A stretch of 64,000 nt of DNA from Sphingomicrobium sp. (GCA_035537335.1 DATLMM010000063.1:1576-65575); one strand, 5' to 3'; shown: positions 38,216 to 48,660, counted from the first letter of the stretch. Made by a program: numbers and translations. Notes: a model not told the origin generated them from the letters alone.

Positions 38216-38701
38216 TCAAGCAAGAAACAGTGGATCGACGACGATCCTGTTGTCCTGAAGATCCGCCACGCCCGGCCGGAACGGAACAAGCGTGCGCTTG
38301 CCTTCTTTGTCTTCGATTTCGAGCAGGTCGCCGGCGCCGAAGTTCTCGATTGCCGACACGGTGCCGAGCGTTCGCCCCTCGCCGTCGACGCATGGGAGGC
38401 CGAGCAGGTCGGCGTGGTAATATTCGCCTTGCTCAAGAGCCGGTAGAGCGGAGCGGTCGACTTCGACCAGGCTGCCGCGCAATGCTTCGGCCTGTTCGCG
38501 GCTGTTTACTCCGGCAAGGCGCGCGATAGCAGTCTTGCCACCATCCTTGCAGCTTTGCAGCATCATTTCCTGGCCGTCCAGGAAGACCAACTTGTGGCGG
38601 GCAAGGTTCTCCGCAGCGTCGGTGAAAAGCTTCAGGCGCAGCTCGCCGCGGATGCCGTGGGCACCCGCGACTGCAGCAAGGGCGATGCGTTGTTCAGCCA
38701 T
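38216..38701 (-). CDS. rimM: Ribosome maturation factor RimM
   Basis: AHGIRGE, EYYHADLLG, NFGAGDLLEI; downstream of rpsP. Confidence 0.95.
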   Translation of the reverse strand: MAEQRIALAAVAGAHGIRGELRLKLFTDAAENLARHKLVFLDGQEMMLQSCKDGGKTAIARLAGVNSREQAEALRGSLVEVDRSALPALEQGEYYHADLLGLPCVDGEGRTLGTVSAIENFGAGDLLEIEDKEGKRTLVPFRPGVADLQDNRIVVDPLFLA

Positions 38702-38790
38702 CGGAAGCACGTGCCTCGACTACTCTCGACACGACCGGAGTTGGGGTTCCAACCCTGCCGATCGTGCCAAGCGAAATCGAGTGACGCGAC

Positions 38791-39465
38791 TTAGCCTTCG
38801 GCCTTCTCGGCACCTTCGGCCGGAGCAGCGTCTTCGCTGCCTTCGGCGGGTTCCGGCTGGGTCGGAGCCGAAGCTTCGTCGGTGGCAGGAGCGGTATCGT
38901 CCGCGCCTTCCGCGGGTTCGGGCTGGGTCGGGGCGCTGGTCTCCTCGGCAGCTTCGGTCACCGGAGCCTCTTGGGCAGCCGGAGCTTCGGCGGCTGCCTC
39001 TTCGGCAACCACTTCCTCGGCGGCGGGAGCTTCCTCAGGGGCCGGAGCCTCCTCGACGGCCGGGGCCTCTTCAACGGCGGGAGCAGCAGCGGCTTCAGCG
39101 GCGGCCGCGGCGGCGGCTTCAGCAGCCTCGGCCTGCTTGGTCGCACGCTCCTCGGCGCGCTCCGTCGCCTTCTCGCCCGGCTTGCCCTTGTTCGGGTTGT
39201 TCCGGGCGGCACGCTCACGGACACCGGCCGCGTCGAGGAAGCGGGCGACGCGATCCGACGGCTGGGCGCCGACGCTCAGCCAGTGCGAAGCCCGCTCCGT
39301 GTCGAGCTTGACCCGCTCGGGCGAGTCCTTCGCCAGCAGCGGATTGTAGGTGCCGATCTTCTCGATGAAGCGGCCGTCGCGCGGATTGCGCGAGTCGGCG
39401 ACCACGATGCGGTAATATGGGCGCTTCTTGGAGCCGCCGCGCGCTAAACGAATTGCAACTGACAT
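38791..39465 (-). CDS. rpsP: 30S ribosomal protein S16 with long acidic Ala/Glu/Pro tail
   Basis: [30 protein letters not shown]; about 100-aa low-complexity C-terminal extension. Confidence 0.97.
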   Translation of the reverse strand: MSVAIRLARGGSKKRPYYRIVVADSRNPRDGRFIEKIGTYNPLLAKDSPERVKLDTERASHWLSVGAQPSDRVARFLDAAGVRERAARNNPNKGKPGEKATERAEERATKQAEAAEAAAAAAAEAAAAPAVEEAPAVEEAPAPEEAPAAEEVVAEEAAAEAPAAQEAPVTEAAEETSAPTQPEPAEGADDTAPATDEASAPTQPEPAEGSEDAAPAEGAEKAEG

Positions 39466-39490
39466 TTTATAGTTCCTTCTTTCTTCTAAT

Positions 39491-39579
39491 CGTCACCCCC
39501 GCGAAGGCGAGGGTCCATCTCCCAAACTCTCCACCTGCCGGACGACCGGAGATGGATACCCGCCTGCGCGGGAATGACG
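39491..39579. repeat. REP-like palindromic element between ffh and rpsP
   Basis: CGTCACCCCCGCGAAGGCGAGGGTCCATCTCC ... GGAGATGGATACCCGCCTGCGCGGGAATGACG, 32-nt imperfect inverted arms each with an internal hairpin. Confidence 0.75.
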
Positions 39580-39588
39580 GTCAAACCG

Positions 39589-41049
39589 TCACTTCTTGCC
39601 GAACTTGTCGAAACCGGGTGGCAGGCCGAACGGCTGATTGCCGCCAGGCAGGCCGGGCAGTGCCGGACCGCCGGCACCCGGTCCCATCAGGCCGCCCATG
39701 GCGCCTTCGAGCCCGCCTTGGCCGAACATGGTCGCCAGTTTGCCGAACCCGCCCATCTTCTTGAGCCGCTTCATCGCGGTCTCCATTTCCTGGTGCATCT
39801 TCAGCAGCTTGTTGACCTCCTGCACCGTCCGGCCGCTGCCCTTGGCGATGCGGATCTTGCGCTTGGCATTGATCAGCTGCGGCGCGGCGCGCTCCCTGGC
39901 GGTCATGGACGACAGCATGGCTTCCAGGTGGACGAGCGCCTTGCCGTCCTGGGCCTTTTCCATCGCGCCCTTGATGCCTTTGATGCCGGGCAGCATGCCG
40001 GCGAGCGCGCCCAGACCACCCATTCGCTTCATTTGATCCAGCTGCATGCGAAGGTCATCGAGGTCGAACTTGCCGCGTGCCATCTTGGCCGCGAGCTTCT
40101 CGGCGTCCTCCACCTTGATGGTTTCGGCAGCTCGTTCCACAAGGCTGACAACGTCGCCCATGCCGAGGATCCGACCGGCGACCCGGCTGGGATGGAAGGG
40201 CTCGATCGCATCCAGGCCTTCGCCCGTACCGGCGAACTTGATGGGCTTGCCCGTGACCGCGCGCATCGACAGCGCCGCGCCGCCGCGCGCGTCGCCGTCC
40301 ATCCGGGTCAAGATCACGCCGGTAAGATCGACCTCACCGGCAAAGCCTTTGGCGACATTAACTGCGTCCTGACCGGTCAGGCTGTCGACCACCAGCAGCG
40401 TTTCGGCCGGAGCGGACGCGGCACTGACCGCCTTCATCTCGCTCATCAGCGCATCGTCGACATGGAGGCGGCCAGCAGTGTCGAGCAGCAGGACGTCGTA
40501 GCCCTGCAGCCGAGCCGATTGCAGCGCGCGCCTGGCGATGTCGACCGGCTGCTGCCCGGGAACGATCGGCAGCGTATCAACGCTTGCCTGTCGGCCCAGC
40601 ACGGCGAGCTGCTCCTGCGCAGCCGGGCGGGCGACGTCGAGCGAGGCCATGAGGACTCGCTTGCGATCCTTCTCCGACAGGCGCTTGGCGATCTTGGCGG
40701 TCGTGGTCGTCTTGCCTGAACCTTGCAGGCCGACCATCATCACCACCGCGGGTGGGGCGACGTTGACGTTAAGCTCCGAAGCCTCGGCGCCGAGCATCTC
40801 GACCAGAGCGTCGTTGACGATCTTGACGACCTGCTGGCCGGGAGTGACTGAACGAAGCACTTCCTGGCCAACAGCGCGTTCGGTCACCTGGTCGACGAAG
40901 TCGCGCGCGACCGGCAGGGCGACATCGGCTTCGAGCAGCGCGACCCGCACCTCACGCAGAGCAGAGCGCACGTCGGCCTCGGTCAGCGCGCCGCGGCCGC
41001 GCAGCTTGTCGAACACACCGCCAAGGCGGTCGCTCAGGGACTCGAACAT
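39589..41049 (-). CDS. ffh: Signal recognition particle protein
   Basis: ALLEADV, GLQGSGKTT, DTAGR, DGDARGG, Met-rich M domain. Confidence 0.98.
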   Translation of the reverse strand: MFESLSDRLGGVFDKLRGRGALTEADVRSALREVRVALLEADVALPVARDFVDQVTERAVGQEVLRSVTPGQQVVKIVNDALVEMLGAEASELNVNVAPPAVVMMVGLQGSGKTTTTAKIAKRLSEKDRKRVLMASLDVARPAAQEQLAVLGRQASVDTLPIVPGQQPVDIARRALQSARLQGYDVLLLDTAGRLHVDDALMSEMKAVSAASAPAETLLVVDSLTGQDAVNVAKGFAGEVDLTGVILTRMDGDARGGAALSMRAVTGKPIKFAGTGEGLDAIEPFHPSRVAGRILGMGDVVSLVERAAETIKVEDAEKLAAKMARGKFDLDDLRMQLDQMKRMGGLGALAGMLPGIKGIKGAMEKAQDGKALVHLEAMLSSMTARERAAPQLINAKRKIRIAKGSGRTVQEVNKLLKMHQEMETAMKRLKKMGGFGKLATMFGQGGLEGAMGGLMGPGAGGPALPGLPGGNQPFGLPPGFDKFGKK

Positions 41050-41083
41050 TCCAAACGCTCCTGCGATGAAGACCCACAACGCA

Positions 41084-41140
41084 TGACGCGCCGGCGGGCG
41101 AAACCTCGCCGGCCAGCGTGTCCTCGAGGGACGCTCATCG
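41084..41140 (-). ncRNA. Structured ffh 5' leader (possible alphaproteobacterial ffh RNA motif)
   Basis: Minus strand GACACGCTGGCCGGCGAGGTTTCGCCCGCCGGCGCGTC forms a long hairpin, preceded by TCCCTCGAGGA, 35-90 nt upstream of ffh; family assignment rests on position only. Confidence 0.4.
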
Positions 41141-41212
41141 ATGTAATGCCGAAAACGACGGGGCTGCGCTTAGCCGAAGGCCGCGTTCAGCTCAACTCTT
41201 TGTTGAGCCCGC

Positions 41213-41641
41213 CTACCCCTGCGGCTTCCGCGGACCGCGCGGACGGCCGCCCGGCCCCGGCGGACGGCCTCCCCCAGGGCGAGCACCACTCGTACCGTCG
41301 GAGCGCGGACCCCTGCTTCCCGGTCGCGATGGCTGCAGCCCTCGCGCGCCGCGGTCCACCACCTCGCCATGGCGGGGAGCCTGTCGAACCGGGGCGGAGT
41401 CGCGCGGCGCTACGGAGTAGCCTTCCTTGAGCAGTTGGGTGAATGCCGTGCGAGTGCTGGCCGAAATCGCATCCTGCAACTCTTTCGGCAGGTCGGCGAA
41501 GGTCACGTTGTTGTGGATCGCCTGGATGTCGCGCAGCAAGTTGTTGGGCAAGCCGCCCGAGCCCGCTTTCAGCGCGGCAATGGCGTCCAGCACGGCGGAG
41601 AAGATGACGGACTGCATCACTTCGGTGGCGGCTCTGGGCAT
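41213..41641 (-). CDS. Hypothetical protein with Arg/Gly/Pro-rich tail
   Basis: Helical-looking N-terminal 80 aa, typical codon usage, fills gap between dapF and ffh. Confidence 0.7.
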   Translation of the reverse strand: MPRAATEVMQSVIFSAVLDAIAALKAGSGGLPNNLLRDIQAIHNNVTFADLPKELQDAISASTRTAFTQLLKEGYSVAPRDSAPVRQAPRHGEVVDRGARGLQPSRPGSRGPRSDGTSGARPGGGRPPGPGGRPRGPRKPQG

Positions 41642-41698
41642 GCGCGTTCAACTCTCTCGCGATGGACTTGGGTTCACCACGCCCCTAAGTCGCCCGGC

Positions 41699-42502
41699 GT
41701 GTTGCGGCAATTCCATAAGATGCATGGGCTGGGGAATGACTTCGTCATCTTCGACGCGCGCGAGCAGCCGCTGACGCTTGCGCCGGGCCTGGCCAAGGCG
41801 ATCGCCGACCGCCGCACCGGCGTCGGTTGCGACCAGCTGATCCTGCTGGAGCCGAGCGCGACTGCCGATGTGAAGATGCGCATCTGGAACGGCGACGGCG
41901 GCGAGGTGGGGAGCTGCGGCAACGCCTCGCGCTGCGTGGTGGCGCTGACGGGAGCCAAGTCGCTCGAGACCGGGGGCGGGATCGTCGAGGGATTGAGCCT
42001 GGACGGGGCGGTCGAAGTGTCGATCGGCCAGCCGAAGTTCGCCTGGGACGAGGTGCCGATCACCTATCCGATGGATACCGACGCGGTGCCGATGGGCTGG
42101 GGACCGTTGGAGAAACCGATGGCGCTCAGCGTCGGCAACCCGCACCTGGTGTTCTTCGTCGAGGATGTTGAGGCCATTGACCTTGTCCGGGTCGGCCCGA
42201 GCATCGAGCATGATCCCGCGTTCCCTGAGCGCATCAACGTCAACGTGGCCGAGGTGCGCGAGGGCGCGCTGTACCTGCGCACCTGGGAACGCGGCTCCGG
42301 GCTGACGCTTGCCTGCGGGACCGGTGCTTGTGCCACGGCAGTGGCCGCGATCAAGTCCAGGCGCGTCCAATCGCCGGTCGAAGTGACAATGCCCGGCGGA
42401 ACGCTGACGGTGGCTTGGGAGCCGGGCGGCGAAGTCCGGATGATCGGCGCGGCGACGTACGTGTTCGGCGGCGAGATCGACTTGGCGGTGCTGAACGGAT
42501 GA
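41699..42502 (+). CDS. dapF: Diaminopimelate epimerase
   Basis: KMHGLGNDF, CGNASRC, VGNPH, ERGSGLTLACGTG. Confidence 0.96.
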   Translation: MLRQFHKMHGLGNDFVIFDAREQPLTLAPGLAKAIADRRTGVGCDQLILLEPSATADVKMRIWNGDGGEVGSCGNASRCVVALTGAKSLETGGGIVEGLSLDGAVEVSIGQPKFAWDEVPITYPMDTDAVPMGWGPLEKPMALSVGNPHLVFFVEDVEAIDLVRVGPSIEHDPAFPERINVNVAEVREGALYLRTWERGSGLTLACGTGACATAVAAIKSRRVQSPVEVTMPGGTLTVAWEPGGEVRMIGAATYVFGGEIDLAVLNG

Positions 42503-43743
42503 GCGTGGAGACGATCACGCTCGGCTGCCGCCTGAACTTCGCCGAGAGCGAGGCGATGAAGGCCGTCGCGCCCGCGGGATCGATCATCATCAACAGCTGC
42601 GCGGTCACGAACGAAGCCGTTCGCCAGACGCGGCAGGCGATCAGGCGGGCCCGGCGCGAGCGGCCCGAGGCGCGGATCGTGGTCACCGGCTGTGCGGCAC
42701 AGCTTGAGCCTGACAGCTTCGCCGCCATGCCGGAGGTGGACCTTGTCGTGGGGAATGGAAGGAAGGCCCACCCACTTCCGCTCGTCCCGAGCGTAGTCGA
42801 GGTACGCTCTGAAGGTGTCTCGACTTCGCTCGACACGAATGAAAAGTTGGTTCGGGAGAGTTTCTCCTTCTCTCCTCCCCCCGTCGCCGCCGGTTTCCGT
42901 CAGCGTGTCCGAAGTTTCGTGGCAGTTCAGACCGGCTGCGATCATCGCTGCACGTTTTGCACCATCTGGCAGGCGCGAGGGCCAAGCGTCACCCTGCCAT
43001 ACCCGGCCGTGCGCGATGCCGTAGCCCGCGAGCTGGATGCCGGCGCGACGGAGATCGTACTTACGGGCGTGGACATCACCGATGTTGTGGGCGGGCTCGG
43101 CCGACTGTGCGAGCGGCTGCTGAGCGACCTTCCCGCGCTCGGGCGTCTGCGGCTATCGAGCCTGGACGGTTTGGAGATTGACGACGCCTTGCTGGCGCTG
43201 ATCGCAGGAGAGCCGCGGCTGATGCCGCACTTCCACCTTTCGCTGCAGCATGGCGACGACCTGATCCTGAAACGCATGAAACGCCGCCACTCGCACGGTG
43301 ACGCGGTGCGCCTCGTCGAACAGATCAAGGCGGCTCGGCCGGATGCCAGCATCGGCGCGGACCTGATCGCCGGCTTTCCGACGGAGAGTGAGGAAGCGGA
43401 GCGGAATACGCTGAAATTGATCGACGACTGCCAGATTGTGGCGGCCCACATTTTTCCCTTCTCACCACGTCCAAACACGCCGGCGGCCCGCATGCCGCAG
43501 CTGCCGCGAGAGCTGGTCAAGGCCCGTGCCGCTCGCCTGCGCGAAGCTGCTGCGACGCGGCGCACTGCTTGGCTGGATCGCCTTATCGGCACCGCTCACT
43601 CCGTGCTGATCGAGAACGGCGAAAAGGGCCACACCGACCATTTCGCGCCGGTCTTCGTCACTGGCGCAACTCGCGGTCAGACCGGTATGGCTCATGTCAT
43701 CGGCCGGACCACCGAGCACCTAATCGGGACGTTTGTTCAATGA
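42499..43743 (+). CDS. mtaB: tRNA methylthiotransferase (MiaB/MtaB radical SAM)
   Basis: TLGCRLN..ES, INSCAVT, VTGCAAQ, GCDHRCTFC (CxxxCxxC), IAGFPTE; dapF-mtaB-ftsY order. Confidence 0.88.
   Translation: MSVETITLGCRLNFAESEAMKAVAPAGSIIINSCAVTNEAVRQTRQAIRRARRERPEARIVVTGCAAQLEPDSFAAMPEVDLVVGNGRKAHPLPLVPSVVEVRSEGVSTSLDTNEKLVRESFSFSPPPVAAGFRQRVRSFVAVQTGCDHRCTFCTIWQARGPSVTLPYPAVRDAVARELDAGATEIVLTGVDITDVVGGLGRLCERLLSDLPALGRLRLSSLDGLEIDDALLALIAGEPRLMPHFHLSLQHGDDLILKRMKRRHSHGDAVRLVEQIKAARPDASIGADLIAGFPTESEEAERNTLKLIDDCQIVAAHIFPFSPRPNTPAARMPQLPRELVKARAARLREAAATRRTAWLDRLIGTAHSVLIENGEKGHTDHFAPVFVTGATRGQTGMAHVIGRTTEHLIGTFVQ
42778..42842. repeat. Palindromic repeat embedded in frame in mtaB
   Basis: CCGCTCGTCCCGAGCGTAGTCGAGGTAC ... 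GTGTCTCGACTTCGCTCGACACGAATGA; similar to 46235-46312. Confidence 0.75.
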
Positions 43744-44654
43744 GTTGGCTTGAAAGGCTGACCGGCGGTTTCAAGAAGACCGCCGATCGGCTGGGCGAGA
43801 ATATCAGCGGGCTTGCGAGCAAACAGGCGCTCGACACGTCCACGCTGGACGACATCGAGGAGGCGCTCATCGCGTCCGACCTCGGGCCGGAAGCATCCAG
43901 GCGCATCCGCGACGCCATTGCTGCACGTCGCTTCGAACAGCTCGACGAGCGCGGCCTGCGCACCATCCTGGCGGAGGAGATCGAGAAAATCCTGGCGCCC
44001 GTCGCCAAGCCGCTCGACATTTGGGGCTTTCCTCGCCCGCACGTGATCCTGGTCATCGGCGTCAATGGATCGGGCAAGACGACCACGATCGGCAAGCTTG
44101 GCCACCTGCTGCAGGAGCAGGACTATGGCGTCATGCTCGCCGCCGGGGACACCTTTCGAGCCGCCGCGATCGAGCAGCTACGCATCTGGGGCGGGCGGAT
44201 CGGCGCACCGGTGATCACGGGCAAGGAGGGCGGCGATGCGGCCGGCATCGTGTTCGATGGCGTCAAGCAGGCCACCGCGACCGGGATCGATTGCCTGATC
44301 GTGGACACCGCCGGGCGCCTTCAGAACAAGACCCATCTGATGGACGAGCTTTCCAAGGTTCGCCGCGTTCTCGGTCGTTTGAACCCCGAAGCGCCTCACG
44401 ACGTGGTGCTGGTGCTGGACGCCACTACTGGTCAGAACGCCCTAAACCAGATCGAGGTCTTCCGCGACCTGGCCGGAGTGACGGGATTGGTGATGACCAA
44501 GTTGGACGGTACCGCCCGCGGCGGCGTGCTGGTCGCGGCGGCGGAGAAGTTTGGCCTGCCAATTCATGCGATTGGCGTTGGCGAAAGCGTAGACGACCTA
44601 CGCCCGTTCGACCCCCGGGCTGTGGCCCGCGCCATTGCCGGACTGACGCCATGA
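43740..44654 (+). CDS. ftsY: SRP receptor FtsY
   Basis: GVNGSGKTTT, DTFRAAA, DTAGRL, TKLDGTARGG. Confidence 0.97.
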   Translation: MSWLERLTGGFKKTADRLGENISGLASKQALDTSTLDDIEEALIASDLGPEASRRIRDAIAARRFEQLDERGLRTILAEEIEKILAPVAKPLDIWGFPRPHVILVIGVNGSGKTTTIGKLGHLLQEQDYGVMLAAGDTFRAAAIEQLRIWGGRIGAPVITGKEGGDAAGIVFDGVKQATATGIDCLIVDTAGRLQNKTHLMDELSKVRRVLGRLNPEAPHDVVLVLDATTGQNALNQIEVFRDLAGVTGLVMTKLDGTARGGVLVAAAEKFGLPIHAIGVGESVDDLRPFDPRAVARAIAGLTP

Positions 44655-45274
44655 CCTCCGCGACGCAAGGTGAGCCGACCGGAGGCTCGCGCCTGCTGAT
44701 CGATCTTGGCCCATTGCTGGTGTTCTTCCTGGTCAACTTCTTCGCGCCGGTCGATCCGCTCGGCCGCATCTTCGTTGCCACCGGCGCCTTCATGGTCGCG
44801 ATGGTGGTCGCCATGATTTACTCGGCCGTCAGGTTCCGCCGTATCTCGCCCCTGCTTTGGTTCTCCGGTGCAATGGTAGTCATTCTCGGCGGATTGACCA
44901 TCTGGCTGCACAACGAGACCTTCATCAAGGTTAAGCCGACCCTCTATTATCTGCTGGTCTCTGGCCTGCTCGGCTTCGGCCTGTGGTCGGGCAAGCCGCT
45001 GCTCAAGATGGTGCTCGGCTCCGCCTATCCTGGACTGACTGACGAGGGCTGGACCAAGCTGACCCGCAACTGGGCGCTCTTCTTCCTGGCGATGGCCGCA
45101 CTCAATGAGGCGGTGTGGCGCAACAGTTCGACCGACTTCTGGGTCGGGTTCAAGCTGTGGGGAGCCATTCCCCTGACCTTCCTGTTCGCGGCGCTGAACA
45201 TTCCCATGCTGCTTCGCCACGGCCTTAGCGAAGATGACAAGCCGGAACCGGTGGAGGCAGGACCAGTCGAATGA
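44651..45274 (+). CDS. yciB: Inner membrane protein YciB/IspZ
   Basis: [31 protein letters not shown]. Confidence 0.9.
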   Translation: MTSATQGEPTGGSRLLIDLGPLLVFFLVNFFAPVDPLGRIFVATGAFMVAMVVAMIYSAVRFRRISPLLWFSGAMVVILGGLTIWLHNETFIKVKPTLYYLLVSGLLGFGLWSGKPLLKMVLGSAYPGLTDEGWTKLTRNWALFFLAMAALNEAVWRNSSTDFWVGFKLWGAIPLTFLFAALNIPMLLRHGLSEDDKPEPVEAGPVE

Positions 45275-46215
45275 GCGAACCGATCCTTTCCATCCGCGGC
45301 CTGCGCAAGGCCTACGCGAGCGGCACCGAGGCGCTGAAGGCCGTCGATCTCGACATCCATCGCGGCGAGATCTTCGCCCTGCTCGGCCCGAACGGCGCAG
45401 GCAAGACGACGCTGATTTCGATCGTCTGCGGCCTTGTCACAGCCACTGCTGGCGAGGTGCTGGTCGACGGCAAGAACTGGCAGACCCATTACCGCGAAAT
45501 TCGCCGCCGCATCGGCCTCGTCCCGCAGGAGCTGACCACCGATGCGTTCGAGCCGGTCATCTCCACGGTCAGCTTCAGCCGCGAACTGTTCGGCAAGCCC
45601 CGCGATCCCGCAAAGATCGAAGATATCCTTCGCACCCTCACCCTGTGGGACAAGCGCAAGACGATCATGAAGGAGCTCTCGGGGGGCATGAAGCGCCGGG
45701 TCATGATCGCCAAGGCGCTGGCGCACGAACCCGACATCCTGTTCCTCGACGAGCCCACCGCCGGCGTCGACGTCGAGCTCCGCAAGGACATGTGGAACCT
45801 CGTTCGGCGTTTGCGCGAGCAGGGCGTCACCATCATCCTCACCACCCACTATATCGAAGAAGCCGAAGAGATGGCCGACCGGGTTGGCGTCATTGCCAAG
45901 GGCGAGCTGATCCTGGTCGAGGACAAGAGCGCGCTGATGCAGAAGCTCGGCCGCAAGATCCTGCACCTCCAACTCACCGAGCCGCTCGCCGCTGTGCCCG
46001 CGGCCCTTGCCGCCTGGAACCCCCAGCTTAGTGACGAGGGCAGTACGCTGACGTACGAGTTCGACGCCAAGGCCGATCGCACCGGCATTCCTTCGTTGCT
46101 CGCCGCGCTGCGCGACGAGGGGATCTTATTCAAGGATCTCGATACCAAGCAGTCCAGCCTGGAGGACATCTTCGTCGGGTTGATCCAGCAGCAGCGAAAG
46201 GAGGCGGCGGAGTGA
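45271..46215 (+). CDS. ABC transporter ATP-binding protein (YadG-like)
   Basis: [29 protein letters not shown]. Confidence 0.93.
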   Translation: MSEPILSIRGLRKAYASGTEALKAVDLDIHRGEIFALLGPNGAGKTTLISIVCGLVTATAGEVLVDGKNWQTHYREIRRRIGLVPQELTTDAFEPVISTVSFSRELFGKPRDPAKIEDILRTLTLWDKRKTIMKELSGGMKRRVMIAKALAHEPDILFLDEPTAGVDVELRKDMWNLVRRLREQGVTIILTTHYIEEAEEMADRVGVIAKGELILVEDKSALMQKLGRKILHLQLTEPLAAVPAALAAWNPQLSDEGSTLTYEFDAKADRTGIPSLLAALRDEGILFKDLDTKQSSLEDIFVGLIQQQRKEAAE

Positions 46216-46234
46216 CCGCCATGCGCACCCACCT

Positions 46235-46312
46235 CCGCTCGGCCCGAGCGACGTCAAGGGGCGTCGGCAGGAGCACCCCTCGACTTCGCTGCGCTTCGCT
46301 CGGGACGAGCGG
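46235..46312. repeat. Intergenic palindromic repeat, same family as the mtaB insert
   Basis: CCGCTCGGCCCGAGCGACGTCAAGGGG ... CCCCTCGACTTCGCT(GCGCTTCGCT)CGGGACGAGCGG. Confidence 0.75.
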
Positions 46313-46339
46313 CTCTCTTTGTCGCAAGGAACGAACTCG

Positions 46340-47101
46340 ATGAACTGGCGCGGTATCTGGGCGATCTATCGGTTCGAAATGCACCGCTTCCGCCGTACCC
46401 TGTGGACCGGCCTCGCCGTGCCGGTGATCACCACCAGCCTCTACTTCATCGTCTTCGGCTCCGCGATCGGCAGCCGAATGACGGAGATCGGCGGGGTGCC
46501 CTACGGCAGCTTCATCGTGCCGGGCCTGATGCTCTTGAGCGTCTTCACCGAGAGCATCTTCAACGCCAGTTTCGGCATCCACATGCCGCGCTTCACCGGT
46601 ACTATTTACGAGATCCTCTCGGCTCCGATGAGCGCGTTCGAGACGGTGCTCGGCTATGTCGGCGCGGCGGCGAGCAAGGCGATGATCGTGGCGTTGGTGA
46701 TCTTCGCCACCGCCCACCTGTTCGTGCCGGTGACGGTGCTGCACCCCGTACTGGCGCTGCTGTTCCTTATGCTGGTGGCGCTGACCTTTTGCATGTTCGG
46801 CTTCATCATCGGAATTTGGGCCAAGGGCTTCGAGCAGTTGCAGGTCATCCCGCTGCTGGTTGTCACGCCGCTGACCTTCCTTGGCGGCAGCTTTTATTCG
46901 ATCGACATGCTGGCCGAGCCGTGGCGGACGATTACCCTGTTCAATCCCGTCGTCTACCTGATTAACGGCTTCCGCTGGACCTTCTTCGGCACGGCGGACG
47001 TGGCGTTCGGCACGGCGCTGGCGGCCACGGTCGCGTTCGCCGGCGCCTGCATGTTCGGCATCTGGTGGATCTTCCACACCGGTTACCGCCTCAAGGCCTG
47101 A
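46340..47101 (+). CDS. ABC-2 type permease (YadH-like)
   Basis: Six hydrophobic segments, FIVPGL, TPLTFLGGSFYS, NPVVYLINGFR. Confidence 0.92.
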   Translation: MNWRGIWAIYRFEMHRFRRTLWTGLAVPVITTSLYFIVFGSAIGSRMTEIGGVPYGSFIVPGLMLLSVFTESIFNASFGIHMPRFTGTIYEILSAPMSAFETVLGYVGAAASKAMIVALVIFATAHLFVPVTVLHPVLALLFLMLVALTFCMFGFIIGIWAKGFEQLQVIPLLVVTPLTFLGGSFYSIDMLAEPWRTITLFNPVVYLINGFRWTFFGTADVAFGTALAATVAFAGACMFGIWWIFHTGYRLKA

Positions 47102-47105
47102 CTCG

Positions 47106-48212
47106 ATGACCGGAAAGCTAGAACGCTTCTTCGACTGGCTGATCTACAATCTCGACGCACTGCTGTTAGGCAGCGCAGTCGCGGTCGGCCTCGTGCTACT
47201 GATGCTGCTGCTCCGGGCAGCAGGCCATGCGATCGTAAAGATTGATCCCAAGTGCATCAGCTGGAAGGGCGTGATCGGCCGGGTCCTCTCCAAGACCAGC
47301 GTCCTGTTCATGGCTGCTGCCGCGCTGGAGATCGTAGTCAGCTACTCACAGCCGCCCGAACGCATCGGCCGTCTGTTCGACATCCTGTTCATCATCGCCT
47401 TTGCCCTGCAAGGCGCGGTTTGGGGGCGCGAGCTGATCCTCGGGATCGTCGGCCAGCAGGTCGGCGAGCGACCCGGTGAAACCACGCTTGGCAACGCCAT
47501 GGGCATCATCCGAGTGCTGGTCAGCGTTGCGCTGTTTGGCATCGCGCTAGTGGTGATCCTCGACAACCTTGGCGTTAATGTCACCGCGCTGGTGGCGGGC
47601 CTAGGTATCGGCGGCATCGCCATCGGCCTTGCCGCACAGGGCATCTTCTCCGACCTGTTCGCGGCGCTGGCCATCCTGTTCGACCGCCCGTTCCGCCGCG
47701 GCGACACCATCCGCTTCGACACTACCACTGGCACGGTCGAGAAGATCGGCCTCAAGACCACCCGCCTGCGCAGCCTGACCGGCGAGCAGGTGATCATGGC
47801 CAACACCAAGCTGCTCGAGCGCGAGATCCGCAACCTGGCGGCGGGCGACGACCGGCAGGAGACGCTTCGCTTCGGCCTGGTCTACCATACGCCAACAGAG
47901 AAGCTGGAGCAGGTCCCTGCCCTCGCCCGTGCCGCCGTCGAAGCGCAGCCCGGGTGCTCACTGGTTCGCTGCGTCCTTGTGGCGTTCGGCCCCTCTAGCC
48001 TGGACCATGAATTGATCTTCCTCCACGAAGGTCTCGACGCCGATGCCATGTTCGCCAAGCGCGCCGCGATCATCATGGCCCTCCTCAAGAGCTTTGCGGC
48101 CGAGGGCATCCAGTTCGCCTACCCCACCCAAACCACCTTCACCGCGGCGCCGGACGGCACGCTGGTAATGCCCTACGCTCCGGCCGCGAGTGCCTCGCCA
48201 CCCCGGCCCTGA
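47106..48212 (+). CDS. Small-conductance mechanosensitive channel (MscS family)
   Basis: LVAGLGIGGIAIGLAAQ, DRPFRRGD, GTVEKIGLKTT. Confidence 0.93.
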   Translation: MTGKLERFFDWLIYNLDALLLGSAVAVGLVLLMLLLRAAGHAIVKIDPKCISWKGVIGRVLSKTSVLFMAAAALEIVVSYSQPPERIGRLFDILFIIAFALQGAVWGRELILGIVGQQVGERPGETTLGNAMGIIRVLVSVALFGIALVVILDNLGVNVTALVAGLGIGGIAIGLAAQGIFSDLFAALAILFDRPFRRGDTIRFDTTTGTVEKIGLKTTRLRSLTGEQVIMANTKLLEREIRNLAAGDDRQETLRFGLVYHTPTEKLEQVPALARAAVEAQPGCSLVRCVLVAFGPSSLDHELIFLHEGLDADAMFAKRAAIIMALLKSFAAEGIQFAYPTQTTFTAAPDGTLVMPYAPAASASPPRP

Positions 48213-48348
48213 GCCGGGATCTGCGTGTTTTTTGCCAGCACCCGCTTACGACCTCTGGACACAACTCGCTGGAAGATTTGCGGGTCTGCTCCTGCTTGGG
48301 CACTTGCCGGTCGCCCCAGCGTTAAAGCCGGAAAGGAAAGGATCGAGC

Positions 48349-48660
48349 ATGTCCGACAAGGAGACCGATGCGGGAACCAGCGATGGCAAGGTGCCGATGC
48401 CTGCAAGTGGGGAGAACAGCCCCAAGCTGCGCTCTGATGGGGTCAGCGATGTTGGTACCCATGGACGGACCTCCGGCGGGGAGTCGGGTGGAGGCGGTTA
48501 CGAGAATCCGCACACTGGCAAGGAGGCTCGGGGCGCGAGCGGTGGCTACGAGGGCGGGCAAAGTGAGCAAGCCTATCACGGGCCCGAGCCGCTAGATGGC
48601 GGAAAGGTGCCGAAGGAAGACAGCACTCCGATCGACAAGGGCCAAGGGGGTAGCGGCTAG
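48349..48660 (+). CDS. Gly-rich hydrophilic hypothetical protein
   Basis: AAGGA RBS; GESGGGGYENPHTGK; preceded by GGCAC-N16-CGTT (48299-48323). Confidence 0.65.
   Translation: MSDKETDAGTSDGKVPMPASGENSPKLRSDGVSDVGTHGRTSGGESGGGGYENPHTGKEARGASGGYEGGQSEQAYHGPEPLDGGKVPKEDSTPIDKGQGGSG

Noticed and set aside
39486-39677. Short ORFs over repeat elements (also 31976-32236 and 51732-51923)
   Set aside because: They are translations of REP-like palindromes and overlap real genes.
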